NCBI GenBank assembly: GCA_026025075.1
Contig: JAPEUI010000156.1
Span: forward strand, 1-33,839
DNA from: Vezdaea acicularis
Taxonomy: Eukaryota
Length of the DNA: 33,839 bases
Direction of reading: 5' to 3'
Under the pieces are notes generated by a model. It did not search any database. It was given only the letters and a program-made list of their open reading frames with translations, and had not been told where the DNA came from. Positions 11,574-22,438 of the stretch are shown here, in pieces. Both the position numbers and the translations under genes were made by a program. The stretch's first letter is position 1, and each line of letters starts with the position of its first letter.

Positions 11574-13901
11574 TCAATTCCCCCCCACAACAAACCGAAC
11601 CCCCATCAACACGCCCACCTCCCCAAACTCCCCCATCCTCGCCGACTTCACCTCTCTGAGCCCCTTTTCCCTGATCCTAGCTTTATCCACTGCTGTATTA
11701 CCACCCGCCGCCGCCGCCGCCGCCGCAGGGGAAGCCGTAGCTCCCGTCACAGCGCCCATCCCATCCCTTACAGCCCCTGAAACTCCAGTGGTCGATCCAG
11801 CTACTCCCCCCTCATCGTCGCCCCACCGCCCGCCCTCCGCATACGTGAGTACGGCATCACTATTCAACACACTGGGCGTCCAGTCCTTCCCCACACTATT
11901 CCTCGCCGCAACAATGAGAAGACTCGCTTTACCTCTAGACGACGGCGGAGTACTCGCCGGACTTCCCGCAGTAGACAACGGGGATTGATAGCGGGTTCGA
12001 GGGGGCTTTTGCGTGGACTTGCGGCCCAACAAAGTGGACGAAGCGGCAGAAGCAGGTGTATTAGAGCCAAGACCTGATCGAGCAGCAGCTTGCTCGGCGC
12101 GAGCGGCGGAAGCGCGTAACTCTTCGAACCACTGCGTCGCAGAGGGTAAACGCGCGGGACCGTACTGGGGCAGGTGAAGCGGCGTTTCCGGTATCGTGGG
12201 TGAATCGCCCGTCGTTTGGCTTGCTGGGGGTGAGAGAGCGAGGCGCTTCAGTCCTGGTTGTAGTACGCCCGCCGTACTATCTGGCGCATGAAAGCGTTTA
12301 CGAGGAGCGGAAGAGGTTGAGGGGTTGGATGGAGTGGTACTCGCCAAGGCTTTTTTCGCGGCGGTCTTTCTGGCTGATGGGGTTCTTTTCCGTGGACTTG
12401 GTCTGGGAGACGCGGAGGTGGTTTTCTGGCTGGTGGTGGGCGGTTTGATGGGTGTGTAGATCAGGGGTGGAATGGGCACGGGGGTGCGAAGTAGGGGAGA
12501 GGCTGCTGCTACCTTATGCGACGGCGGCAGCGGTGGGTCGCCTGCTTTGACAAGAGTAAGGCCCTGTGGTGCAGCCCGCGGGTCATGCACGATGCGGGTG
12601 CTGTGCTGCGTCTGGGGTTTATTCGTGGTGGACCAGCCGCGAGAGAGTCTCAACTTGTTGCCTCCTGCTTGTTGGCTTTTCGGGACGGGCGAGCCTTCCT
12701 TATGGCGGCCTAGGCGGCGGGTCGAGGTATTCGCCGGGTGAGGAGAAGCTTGGAAAGGAGTAGGTGGAGGCGGCATTATCGAATTGTCCGCAGCTCCTGC
12801 AAGGACCTCACCAGGGCGTGTCTTGTCGAGTCGAGGCGTGAAGCAGGGATCCAACATCCTCATTGGGGCGTTAATATAGTGGTGATTTGATTCCAACTTG
12901 CGACCCCTTCCCACAGTAATCAGCACGTCGATGACGCCGTACCGTTGCCCACCAGGTCGTTCCATCCGAGCGACTTCCTCTGGCATTGGCAGCTTCGCGA
13001 GACTCGTGAGGTACTCCCCGGTGTATGTCTTACGACTGCGACTATCCGTGAGCCAGCCCGCCGCCTCCTGATCCAGGGACTTTCCTATGGCATCCCATCT
13101 CGACTGCGGCGTGGGATATATAGACTTGATTCTCTTTCCTAGGACGTCTCGTAGCTCCCCGTCAGGGCCCTGGCCGGGAGGGATGATAACCCAAGCACGC
13201 TCTTCCTTCCGCCCCACCCGCCGGCCAGAGAACAACCGTATCCTTTCTGACGGAGTCGAGATGGAGCGTTTGGGTACGAGCTCGCTGCCGCAGAACTCGC
13301 CATTGAAGAAGACGCTGATCTGGATGTCTTGGAGGTCTCCACGCCTTTTCGTCCGTGGTAGACCGCCTGTTGGGGGACTAGGAGAGAGGAAGGAGTCAGG
13401 TGAGAGGTTGACGACGACGCCAAGTGTGCGGGGAGCGAGAACTGGCTGGATATTGCTGATCGGCTTAGGCACACTAGGAGAGGTATAGTCGAGTATCATA
13501 TAACTAGAGTTGACTGTGCTCGTAGAATCGGTGGACTTCCGTCTAACAGCAATCGGCTTCAAAGGTTCAGACTTCCGTCCTGCGGATCCTCCTGCCTTGA
13601 CCTCAGATACAGCAGATGTCGAGCTTCTCGTCCTAACTCCTCTTGCGTCGTGGGTGTCTTTGAATATGTCTTTCCCGGCTCGTACCATGAAGAAAGGGTA
13701 GCTGGGTGGCTCGCCGAGGAATGAAACGTGTGAATCTTCACCAGGGATACAGAGTGCCTCCTCCCCAAGAGCAACAGGCACGTAGGAGAAACCTGTTGCC
13801 GTGGATGAATCATTCTCAGCTGAAGAGATAATAGTAGTAGGCTGCGCAGGCACTGAGACGGTCAAGTTGACTGTTGTGAGAAGACTACGGTAGGTTGGCA
13901 T
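11574..13901 (-). CDS. Fungal hypothetical protein, 775 aa, intronless
   Basis: Long ORF. Globular-looking block (DIQISVFFNGEFCGS...FSGRRVGRKEERAWVI...GVIDVLITVGRG) and C-terminal block (WTPSVLNSDAVLTYAE...ARMGEFGEVGVLMGVRFVVG) are separated by a Pro/Ser/Thr/basic low-complexity region. Confidence 0.82.
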   Translation of the reverse strand: MPTYRSLLTTVNLTVSVPAQPTTIISSAENDSSTATGFSYVPVALGEEALCIPGEDSHVSFLGEPPSYPFFMVRAGKDIFKDTHDARGVRTRSSTSAVSEVKAGGSAGRKSEPLKPIAVRRKSTDSTSTVNSSYMILDYTSPSVPKPISNIQPVLAPRTLGVVVNLSPDSFLSPSPPTGGLPRTKRRGDLQDIQISVFFNGEFCGSELVPKRSISTPSERIRLFSGRRVGRKEERAWVIIPPGQGPDGELRDVLGKRIKSIYPTPQSRWDAIGKSLDQEAAGWLTDSRSRKTYTGEYLTSLAKLPMPEEVARMERPGGQRYGVIDVLITVGRGRKLESNHHYINAPMRMLDPCFTPRLDKTRPGEVLAGAADNSIMPPPPTPFQASPHPANTSTRRLGRHKEGSPVPKSQQAGGNKLRLSRGWSTTNKPQTQHSTRIVHDPRAAPQGLTLVKAGDPPLPPSHKVAAASPLLRTPVPIPPLIYTPIKPPTTSQKTTSASPRPSPRKRTPSARKTAAKKALASTTPSNPSTSSAPRKRFHAPDSTAGVLQPGLKRLALSPPASQTTGDSPTIPETPLHLPQYGPARLPSATQWFEELRASAARAEQAAARSGLGSNTPASAASSTLLGRKSTQKPPRTRYQSPLSTAGSPASTPPSSRGKASLLIVAARNSVGKDWTPSVLNSDAVLTYAEGGRWGDDEGGVAGSTTGVSGAVRDGMGAVTGATASPAAAAAAAGGNTAVDKARIREKGLREVKSARMGEFGEVGVLMGVRFVVGGN

Positions 13902-14448
13902 GCTGTGTGGCTACTCCTATGTAGATACTGATGAGGTAATATTTACTTGGTTAAGTTATCGCTATTCCATGGTGGTGTACAGGATAAATAGCACTTTGTA
14001 GTGTTGATGGTGCTTGGGGGACACAGCACGCATAGTTCAAACGAGACGAGTCTGGTGTGTTCGCCCATACGTCGGGCTAACCGGGACCTCCAACACTTCT
14101 TGGGACCTTCATGAGAAATCTACAAGACGGTTGAATGCTACTATTGTATTGTGCCTTCTCAGCGTTGGTCATTGTTACAGCGACAAGGGGGAAGCGAAAT
14201 AATATGAATGCAAACTTAGCCATCAATTTGGCAGTCAAGATGATTTTTAGAGCTGTCCGCCACTGTAAAAAGTGCGGAGGACGCCATGCCCAAGCCCTCT
14301 CTCGCAATTCCCTTCCGTTCATGCTATAACTCATAGAATCGTGCAATGCAATGTACGGATATAAAGCACAAAGCAATGGGCCGAATTCCAAGCGCAAGCA
14401 ACTCGCCAAGCGACGAAAATCTTTGTCTGGTTCCTGACAACAGACGAA

Positions 14449-16569
14449 TCATGGCGGGCTTTCTTTAGTGTCCTTTACCACGCCGTCTTCCTTGGCTACT
14501 TGAAGAGGGGCGCATCTCGCGCTGACCAAACGCCCTTTTGATACGACGCGTCGCTTGGTTGGAGAATCCGGGCAGGGCAAGTTATCACCGCTCATTCGCC
14601 TCTTCGAGCCGCTCGAATTGATGGTGATATACTCAACACTAAAAGAGGCCTCTCTTCTCGCTGCACTATTTGAACCGCATGATGTGGCACGGGATGCTGG
14701 AAGAAGTATCTCAGCCTCGCAAGGAGTGACAGGCCCCGCCCCTTGTAAAACCTGGCCTTTCTCTCCTCGAGCTTGCTTGCCATTGATTATGGCCGTTGGA
14801 GTCGTTCTCGGGATTGGATGCGTATTCTCCCTTGCTGTCGACGAATGCGTACATAGCTGGTCAGAGATCTCTTTTGCTGTTGGAGGATGCATACGCAGCT
14901 GATCATGGATGCGAGATTCTGCACTTTTATCAGAAAGATCGTGATCTTTGTTTGCCGGAAGGGGCCGAGGGGGCGGCTGTCCGTGAGATACGCTCCGAGC
15001 AGTAGAAGCAGCGGATGGTTTTGAGAGGACAGGAGTGTTTGAAGCACTGCTCTGGCGAGTATTGGCTGGAGCCTTCGTCCCATTCGATCCATCTCTCTGT
15101 CCACCCATAACCTCATGTATATGCTCAACGTGCTCGTCATGAATATCTGGTCGTGCAATAACACCTGATGTGCTTCGACTGCTGTTCGCCGAACCATAAT
15201 ATGAATAGTCGGGCATCGAATGATCGTCGTTGCTTCCATTGCCATAAGATGATGATTCCTTCGAACGATGTCCGCCTAGCCCCATAGCATAACCATTCTC
15301 GAAGAAAGGATCTGGCAAAGAATGTATTGCGCCACCTCCCCAGTACCCACCAGGAAGAGATAGTCCGCGAGAACGGATGGCATGAGGCGTCGGTAGTATC
15401 GCACAAGTAACCGGTAAGTTGAAAGGGACCGGCGCTAGGGGAGGGCCTTTGGACTCCCGTGCTTCCGCTCGTCGTTGTGGAGAATGAGCGTGCGCGTCGT
15501 GGTCGTCCGGTTGAGATGGCTGTTGAGACATGACTCGGGCATTGAAAGCCGCTCCATGAACATGTTGCCACATTGCTGGGTTCGGGTAAGCGATACCCTT
15601 GCTTTCCAGAAGACCTGAACCCAGAGTGTATTAGAACAACATGGTGGACCTATCTGCCAGGGGGTTGGGACTGGGTTGCTGAACGTAGCCAGCAAAGGGT
15701 AAACTTGCCTAGAGGAGCATGCACGAACGCGAAGGCAACAATATTTCTTTTGCGTTCCCAAGTCATGTGGTATGAAGTTTGCTGGGCAATGCCCTCAGCG
15801 ATTATAACTTTGATCCGACCAAGGTCTTGACCGGCATCCCACCAGCCTTGAGTGATGAGATCTTCATGAAAGGGGGGGAATCCTAGTAGCTCCATCTGTC
15901 CGTTCTTATCAATTCCTGCCATACATTCAGAATTAGCAGCGACTCGTTGGTAGGTTCCTTGAGTTCGGGTATAGGACTGACTATTACTGGATTCTGTCAA
16001 AACCTTAGTCAGTGATTATCCACCAGTGACCTGAAGCTGGGGAAGTACCTATAACGTGAGGCCAAGGGCCCTCTGCATGAAATAGTGATGAACTAAGCTC
16101 ATGACAATCAGACCTATAGTTCTTCTCTGAAGGTATGTAGCGCGACCTTGAAGAGGCGTTTTGTCTCACCTGACTTGTCGACCATCGATGTAGACTCTCG
16201 CCTCGAAGAGAAGCATCTGTTCAGGACGGGCTGTACTTTGCAACGTGTGAGACACCTTCGGAGAGCTCCAACTATGCATTGAGATTCTGAAGGGGTGGCC
16301 AGGAGGCAAGTTTGACACGAGGCTGGTTACGATGGGCAAATGTGATTGCGCGCCATGGTCGAAAGGGAACGGCAGACTGGTGGACGATACCCTTTGTAGG
16401 ACCGCATCTGGATATGGCGTCTGTCAGAACGTTTGGCCTAGATGAATATAGATGATCAAGAGATAGACTCACCAGGATCAGAGACGACCGTGCAACTCGT
16501 GTTGAACTCCTGGATGGGGACCTTCAGGCCGGCTTGAAACAGCAGCACGTCCCAGTCTTGATATCTCAT
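14449..16569 (-). CDS. Conserved fungal hypothetical protein (MRYxDWDVLLF family) with disordered C-terminus; 6 exons
   Basis: MRYQDWDVLLFQAGLKVPIQEFNTSC | LPPGHPFRISMHSW...FEARVYIDG | WPHVI | ESSN | IDKNG..GFPPFH..WWDAGQDLGRIKVIIAEG..AFAFVHAPL | LESKGIAYPNPAMW, continuing into the 374-aa ORF. Includes a 12-nt microexon (15993-15982) and a GC-AG intron (15708-15615). Confidence 0.82.
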
Positions 16570-17580
16570 TGTTGAGGCTATTTAGATGTGGTACTGCTTA
16601 AGAAGATCAATACCTTGAAGTTAGCGCGTAAGTCCGAGGCCTCTCGCTATCCAACCAGGCAAAGGTCGGAGTCTCAGCACGGCTCTATGTTATTGGTGTC
16701 GGATGGAAGAATGGATAAGGGCCTGTGGGGTTTAGGGTAGATGGCAAAAATATATCTCGCTGGCGGCATAGGTCGTAAACATCTAGATGATGGGTAGTGG
16801 ACGTGGGGTGGGCCTCTGACGTGGGAAGAAAAGAAGGCACGAACCGCGAGTCGTCACTGCCAGGTGGAACATAGGAGGAGGTATCGTATAGCTGACTGCT
16901 CTTAGAAGCGATGAGAGGGGAAGCCGTAGGCTGATGTGCGGAGTAGAGATTGGATAGGAAGGGGCATACTTTCCACGCTCGGTCTTTATGAGAGTAGTAG
17001 TACAGGTCAAGCGCTTAGTTTGTACACTTGATGCTTCTTCGTTTGGCAAGGGAAAGGTTCTAGGTCAGTGATTAAATGGAGATGGTCTTGTTGTGGTTCC
17101 AATGGCGTGCGTTCGAGTCAAGCTCCTCACCTTAGGGCGATCGCGATGCACAAACCAATGCAGTGGTACAATTCCTGATAGAACGCTGTTTTGAGTTGAG
17201 GTAATGGCCAGATAACTTCACCAGCACGATCAGTATATCCTTCAATAGTCTTCACAAGAAGAAACCGTTATAGTCTGCGCTCCCTCGACCGCACGCCCTT
17301 GAGTAAGAAGCACGCGGGAGGTACGCACACTGCTCCACCGAGCATATGACGCCATCTCCGATCACGACAGTCTTTTCTCGTCCACGCTCTTATCGTAACA
17401 CGTTTGGCAGTCTATCGCTCCGGGACGCAGCAAAGGAAGGGACATTCGGCAGAGGGACTTGCTTGTTGTTGAGGACAGGAGGTGAACGAGATCGCGCTCG
17501 GTTCCACGGAAACCCCAGCCCCAACGCCGGCGGCACAAGCGAGACGGGTTGTGCACATGATCTGCAAGAGACTGCAGCGA

Positions 17581-19838
17581 CTACTGAGCGAAGACGGAGT
17601 CGTAGCCTCGACCGTTGGCCTCGAGGCGATCCGAGATGCTCTGCTTCCGGTTCATGTACATCTCATTCAGTCGGTCCACGGGGACGGCGTCGGTCGGGCC
17701 TGGCGCTTCGGGATCAAGGGCGCCTGGAAGTCCCTGTGGTGGCTGAGCTCCGGACATCGATGGCAGGTGAGAATGCGCGGCATGAGGACTAAGGTCAATT
17801 GAAATTCTCGTCAGCATCATGTATCGATCTTCCGTTCCTCGTCAGCGCCGAACAAATGGGAAAAAAGGGTCAGGGTCTAGAAATCACACAAGCGTCCCCA
17901 GTAAAGAGAAACACGCGACTATAGAGACTTTTTGGGTTTTCTTCATTCGAAAGCATAGGAGAGAGTATGAGCTTGTGCTGCCGAAAGGGTCCGTGTCTAA
18001 GCAACAGATTGCCCATGAGAGGAGAAAATCAAAGGCCTGGCAGGCAGTTCGTGCTCAAAGTAGCTACAAGAACTGTAACCGCCGGAAGGTAAATGCAGAT
18101 TGAGCCCCGTGAGATGCAGAGTTTTTATACAGCCTTCGCTCACCGTCGGAGCACTGATGTCTTTCAAGAAACATTTCGGACACTGCAGAGATCCTCCCAT
18201 CAACTTTTTCCGAACGCTAATGGGCAAAGCTAGCCAAGGGCTTTTCGAGGTGCATCAAAAGAAAAGCGCCCATGGACAGATGAATTGTGGATTTTTGAAA
18301 TGAGAACTAGCTGCGACCGAGCAAATTGGAAAACAGAAGGTTCTTACTGTGGTTTGAACGTCAGTCGATGCCGAGGGACAGGAAAGTGCATGTCACGTAC
18401 CTTCATTGGAGCATAAGGACTAAAATGGTTTTGGGGGGGTATCCCCATGCTGGGGTAGACAGGAGGTGGAGGTGCTGGTCTGTACGGGGTACCGGCCGGG
18501 CCGGAGTTGTTTTGAGAGCGGCCCCAGCTGAGTCGAACACGAGAATTGCCAATCGGGTATCCCTGCATCTGGTTGATCGCCATCTCTGCCGCATGTCGCT
18601 GGACGAACTGAACAAAGCCACAGCCCTTGCCGGGTGGAATCTTGACGTAGGTGATCTCGCCGAAGCCTTGGAAGAACGAGCGAAGCTCATCCTCCGTGAC
18701 ATACCCCGAAAGGCCACCGACGAAGACCGTCGTGTTGTTGGGATCGGTGAACTGATTCATCGGCTGTGGAGATCCATAGTATCCCATCGGCGGAGCTCCC
18801 ATCGAGAACATTCCCACCGGGCCGGCAGCACCTTGCATCCCCCCAGCCATCGCACCGGGCCCACCACCGCCACCCGTCTTATTTTTGGGAGTGGCCGTTG
18901 AAATTCGCATCGGTCGATTACCGCAATAGACGCCTTGCATCTCCGTCAACGCACGCTGCTGATCACCCTCATCGGAGAAGCGAACGAAACCGTATCCTCG
19001 AGACATGCCGCTGATGGGATCTGTCATAATTTTCGCCGACTTGCAAGAAGGGAATCGACTTTGGAACAAGGAAACCAAAACATATTCATTAACTTCGGGT
19101 CCAAGATCACCAACAAAGATAGAGTACTCCGGCCCCCGGTCGTCCCTGAGGAAAGGTTAGCATATACCCAAGCTTGAGCAGGTGAGATGGAAGGTCTAGT
19201 ACGAAGGAAACTCGTTCACCGACCTCCTATCCGCAAGACCACCTCCGGAAGCCCAGTTGAGCTTGAAAGGACGAGTTGAATTAGGGATGAGCTGGCCGTT
19301 GAGACCGAGCGCCTTCTCGGCGGCCGCAGGGGACTGGAAATCGACGAAACAGTAACCGGCATTACTGCTGTAAATCAGTACGCATTAAAGTGAGGTCCGC
19401 CTCTGGGAGCGAGCTGGGCATACCCTGAGAACTTATCACGAATCATCTTGACGTTGACTTGTTCTCCCATACCAAACCAGACGCTGCGAACGAAATTCTC
19501 GTCAATCCACGGCTCGAGCTCACCCATCCTATTGCCCCATGTCAGATATCACATCCCACGTTGGAGACCCGAATGATCGATTGGGTCATGAGGGGGGGCG
19601 CCCGCAGTGAGGCCCCTCGCATCGAGACTCACCAGAGAGTCGTCTTGCTATCCGTGCCCGGTTGAGCGGCACCAGCGGATCCTGGCTCGCCGCCGCTGCC
19701 CTGAAAGGGAGCGATGGGGTTTCCCGCACCTTGCTGGCCCATCGGTGGCTGCTGTTGCTGGTTGGGGCCGGCCGGAGCACCCACCGTTTCCTCAGCACCC
19801 TGCTGCGGGTTCTCGTAGTTAAACTGTTCGAAATTCAT
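17581..19838 (-). CDS. NAM8: Triple-RRM RNA-binding protein, Nam8/Ngr1/Csx1 (TIA-1-related) family; long isoform ~468 aa, short isoform ~400 aa ending PMK* at 18344
   Basis: TLWMGELEPWIDENF, AGYCFVDF, FKLNWA, YSIFVGDLGPEVNE, SRGYGFVRF, DPNNTTVFVGGL, KGCGFVQF, VRLSWGRS. Exons 19838-19633, 19528-19424, 19367-19224, 19145-18402, 17788-17581. The terminal exon depends on the twin-intron model; orthology within the family is not resolved. Confidence 0.9.
17789..18401 (-). other. Putative [D1,2] spliceosomal twin intron (stwintron): internal intron 18400-18347 nested between G1 and T2 of the external donor
   Basis: Minus strand reads ATG AA-G-[GTACGT..ACTGAC..ACAG]-TAAGAA...GCTGAC..CTTAG-T CCT CAT. 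Only the reconstituted G|TAAGA donor gives the phase-2 junction the last exon needs. Confidence 0.72.
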
Positions 19839-19939
19839 TATGACAGAAGATGAATGGAACTAGCAAATTGGAGGTTTCGTAGAATCGTTATGTTTTCGAA
19901 GTGCAGACGACCGACGCTTTTTGCAGAGGCAGATTTCAT
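19838..19939 (-). other. 33-aa upstream ORF whose stop overlaps the RRM gene start codon (TAATG)
   Basis: ATG at 19939; MKSASAKSVGRLHFENITILRNLQFASSIHLLS; TAA at 19840-19838 shares its last A with the main ATG. Confidence 0.4.
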
Positions 19940-20924
19940 GAAAGTGTGTCTAAGTGAAGGCAACTCGCTGGCTCGATAGAAATTCGTTGATGTGGTGAAT
20001 GAGGTCACCGCGTATCTAGAGGTGGGAAGAGAATGTAAGTGAACGTGGACGTGAACGTGGGTATGGGTATGAGTGTGAGTGAGAATATATAAATATGAGT
20101 GTGGGTGCGAGTGTGGCTGTGAAGGTAGGTGTGTAGATGGGAATGTGAATGGGGTTTAATGGGAGCACCGGACGGTGAGGTGCGGCGTTGTGTTTTTCTC
20201 TCGTTTGGGTAGAGGTGGTGAATGATCACGAGGACGAGGGAAATTTGGAACGGGCCGTGCTGCTGAAGCTGTTGTTCCTGTGTAGCAAAGGTGTTCCGCA
20301 AGCAAACGAGGTCGAGTGGGCATCCCCACGCGCGCGCGCCGAGGTCGTCCGCTTTGCGGCTCCGATGCCCGCGGCCGCCGTCTTATTCAAGAAGAATGAA
20401 CAGCAGATGAAGTTTGGCGTAGAGACCATCAATCTGCGACGCTATCTCCAGATGATGGCGGTTCGAGGCAGGGTCGATCGGCCTGCCCTACGACGCCAAG
20501 GCCGGCATCTTGTTTTCCATTTATATGGCCCGCCAGAATTTTCACGGACGTGCCGACAGATATCGACGACGGGGAGAGGAAGAGAGACGGACGGGCTTAC
20601 CAAATCAAAGCAGCGCGCAATGCAGGAACTCGGAGACGTTCAATCCAGATCGATGGCAGGAAATCAAGAACTCCGGCGACAGAGAAAGAACGCGGCGGCA
20701 GAGAGGGATGAAAGACGGTCCGCAAAAGAGATGTTGGATGACGGCGGAGGTGAGGGGACGAATGGGGGTTTAAAGCGAGCGAGCGGGCGACACGGAAATA
20801 GGCGCACCGCTGGCTCCGTCGCAGGAGGGAACGGCCGGCGGAAAGTTGGGCCCCCGTAGCGGCCTTGGATCGCTCTTAGTGCAGACTTCGAGGGAGGGAT
20901 GGGGGGCTGAGTTGGAGGGAAAAG

Positions 20925-20990
20925 ACGCAATGGAGTGAGAGAGAGAGAGGGAGGAAGAGGAAGAGTGGAAGAGAAAGAGGGTGAGGACAG
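20925..20990. repeat. GA-rich tract (CT-rich on minus strand), possible core-promoter pyrimidine box for the RRM gene
   Basis: gagagagagagagggaggaagaggaagagtggaagagaaagaggg; CT boxes commonly precede transcription starts in filamentous fungi. Confidence 0.45.
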
Positions 20991-21117
20991 AGCGACGGTC
21001 GATTTTCGAACGAACGAACGAACAAAGTTGGGACTGGTCAGTGTGGGATGATCAGAAAAAAGAACGAAGGTCGAAGTAGCAGTCGGGCTCGTCGTCCGTC
21101 CCCAGCGTGCCGTTGCT

Positions 21118-21129
21118 GGGGGGGGGGGG
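21118..21129. repeat. G12 homopolymer
   Basis: Twelve consecutive G. Confidence 0.9.
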
Positions 21130-22388
21130 CTGCTGCTGGGCGTGGCTAGGCCTTGGCTCCTCCACACGCACACGAACGGACGCGAGATTATCAGTGGGAC
21201 AGGGGACGGGGCTGCTCCTCGGCCGTTGGGTGGAAGAGCGCAGGAAGGAGGCTAGAAGGACGCAAAGGCTGAGAGGGTCTTGCGCCGGCGCACCCACCGC
21301 ACGACCTCCCACGATCATGGACTCAATGAGGACCGCGCGCAGGAGGTGTTCGTGTGACGGCGGCGCTCGCAGCTGAACTGTAATTGCGAGAGGCCACGGA
21401 GAAGAAAGCTAACAAGTCAAGAAAAAGTTACGACGGCGCCGCAGGAATGACGGGGCCCGGCCAATTGGAGAGCTCGGCCATGGTGCCCCTACTGGAGGAC
21501 TCACGCGCAGCCAATTGCTGGAGGATATCCGCCGTCGATCGAAAAAGAGCATGACGGACATCGTATTGGACGCTCAACGCGAACGATCTCACAGCGGCGG
21601 CGGCAGCAGCATCGGCCATCCCCATGCGTTCTCGCGTTCTCCATGCGCAATGGCGCCGATGGGGAAGTGTGCAGCGATGCACCGTGGCCGCACCGGCGCT
21701 CCAGTGCACTGAGTTTGGAGGCTGCAAGGAGTCGTCGCAGGCTGTTTGCAGGTCGTACACCGCGCTCTCTAGTGCATTCCTTGGTGGCGCGTCAGAGATG
21801 GCGTTGCGCATGGCATTCTGGAGAGGCCATGGCAAACTCTCCACTACATTGTGCGCACAGGACGAGCCAGCCGGCCAACACACCACCCTGCCCTCTCAGG
21901 TACCAGCGGGATGCGACCGAGACCGCTTTTCCATCTCGACATTGTGCCTCACCATCTTCACGCTTCTGTCTCCTGCTTGCCATATGTAACATGTTACGAC
22001 GCAAGGATGCCCTGGATGGGCTTCTGATCAGCGGGCAGCATCGAGGAGGGCCCGGTGCGACTCCTGCGGCCTTCCTGCCCGCGCTCCCCTTTGCGTCCAC
22101 CCTCGTTTCCCTCGTTGGGAGCGTCTGCCGAAAGCCTCTTTCGCGGCCGGCGCGCGATGCGTGAGGCCTAAGGGCGGACGAGTAATTTTCCACCACGCAC
22201 AGGCCAGGCCCAGGCACCGGCCCAGGCAAACTTTCGGCGTTGGCCGACCGGTGAAGAAATTCAATCGTGTGCAAAAGGGTGATCGATGCGTCGAACGTGG
22301 AAGAAGCTGTCCCACCAAGCACCCGCGGCGTCAGGAGCTGCCGCATCAGGTGACCGGCAGCGATCTTCGGTTGTCTTTACCTTGCGGT

Positions 22389-22438
22389 CCACGTGATGTC
22401 GCGGCGTTCGTCCGGCGATCCACTGCGCCCTGACGTGG
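22389..22438 (+). promoter_or_regulatory. Candidate unfolded-protein-response (Hac1/XBP1-type bZIP) elements upstream of SCJ1
   Basis: CCACGTGA at 22389-22396 and TGACGTGG at 22431-22438, ~300 nt before the start of an ER co-chaperone gene. Confidence 0.4.

Noticed and set aside
17789..18400. Ordinary single intron from the GTACGT donor to the distal acceptor
   Set aside because: A phase-0 join reads the last exon out of frame (SSCRAF...RRP*), losing the protein-like RLNEMY...DRLE tail.
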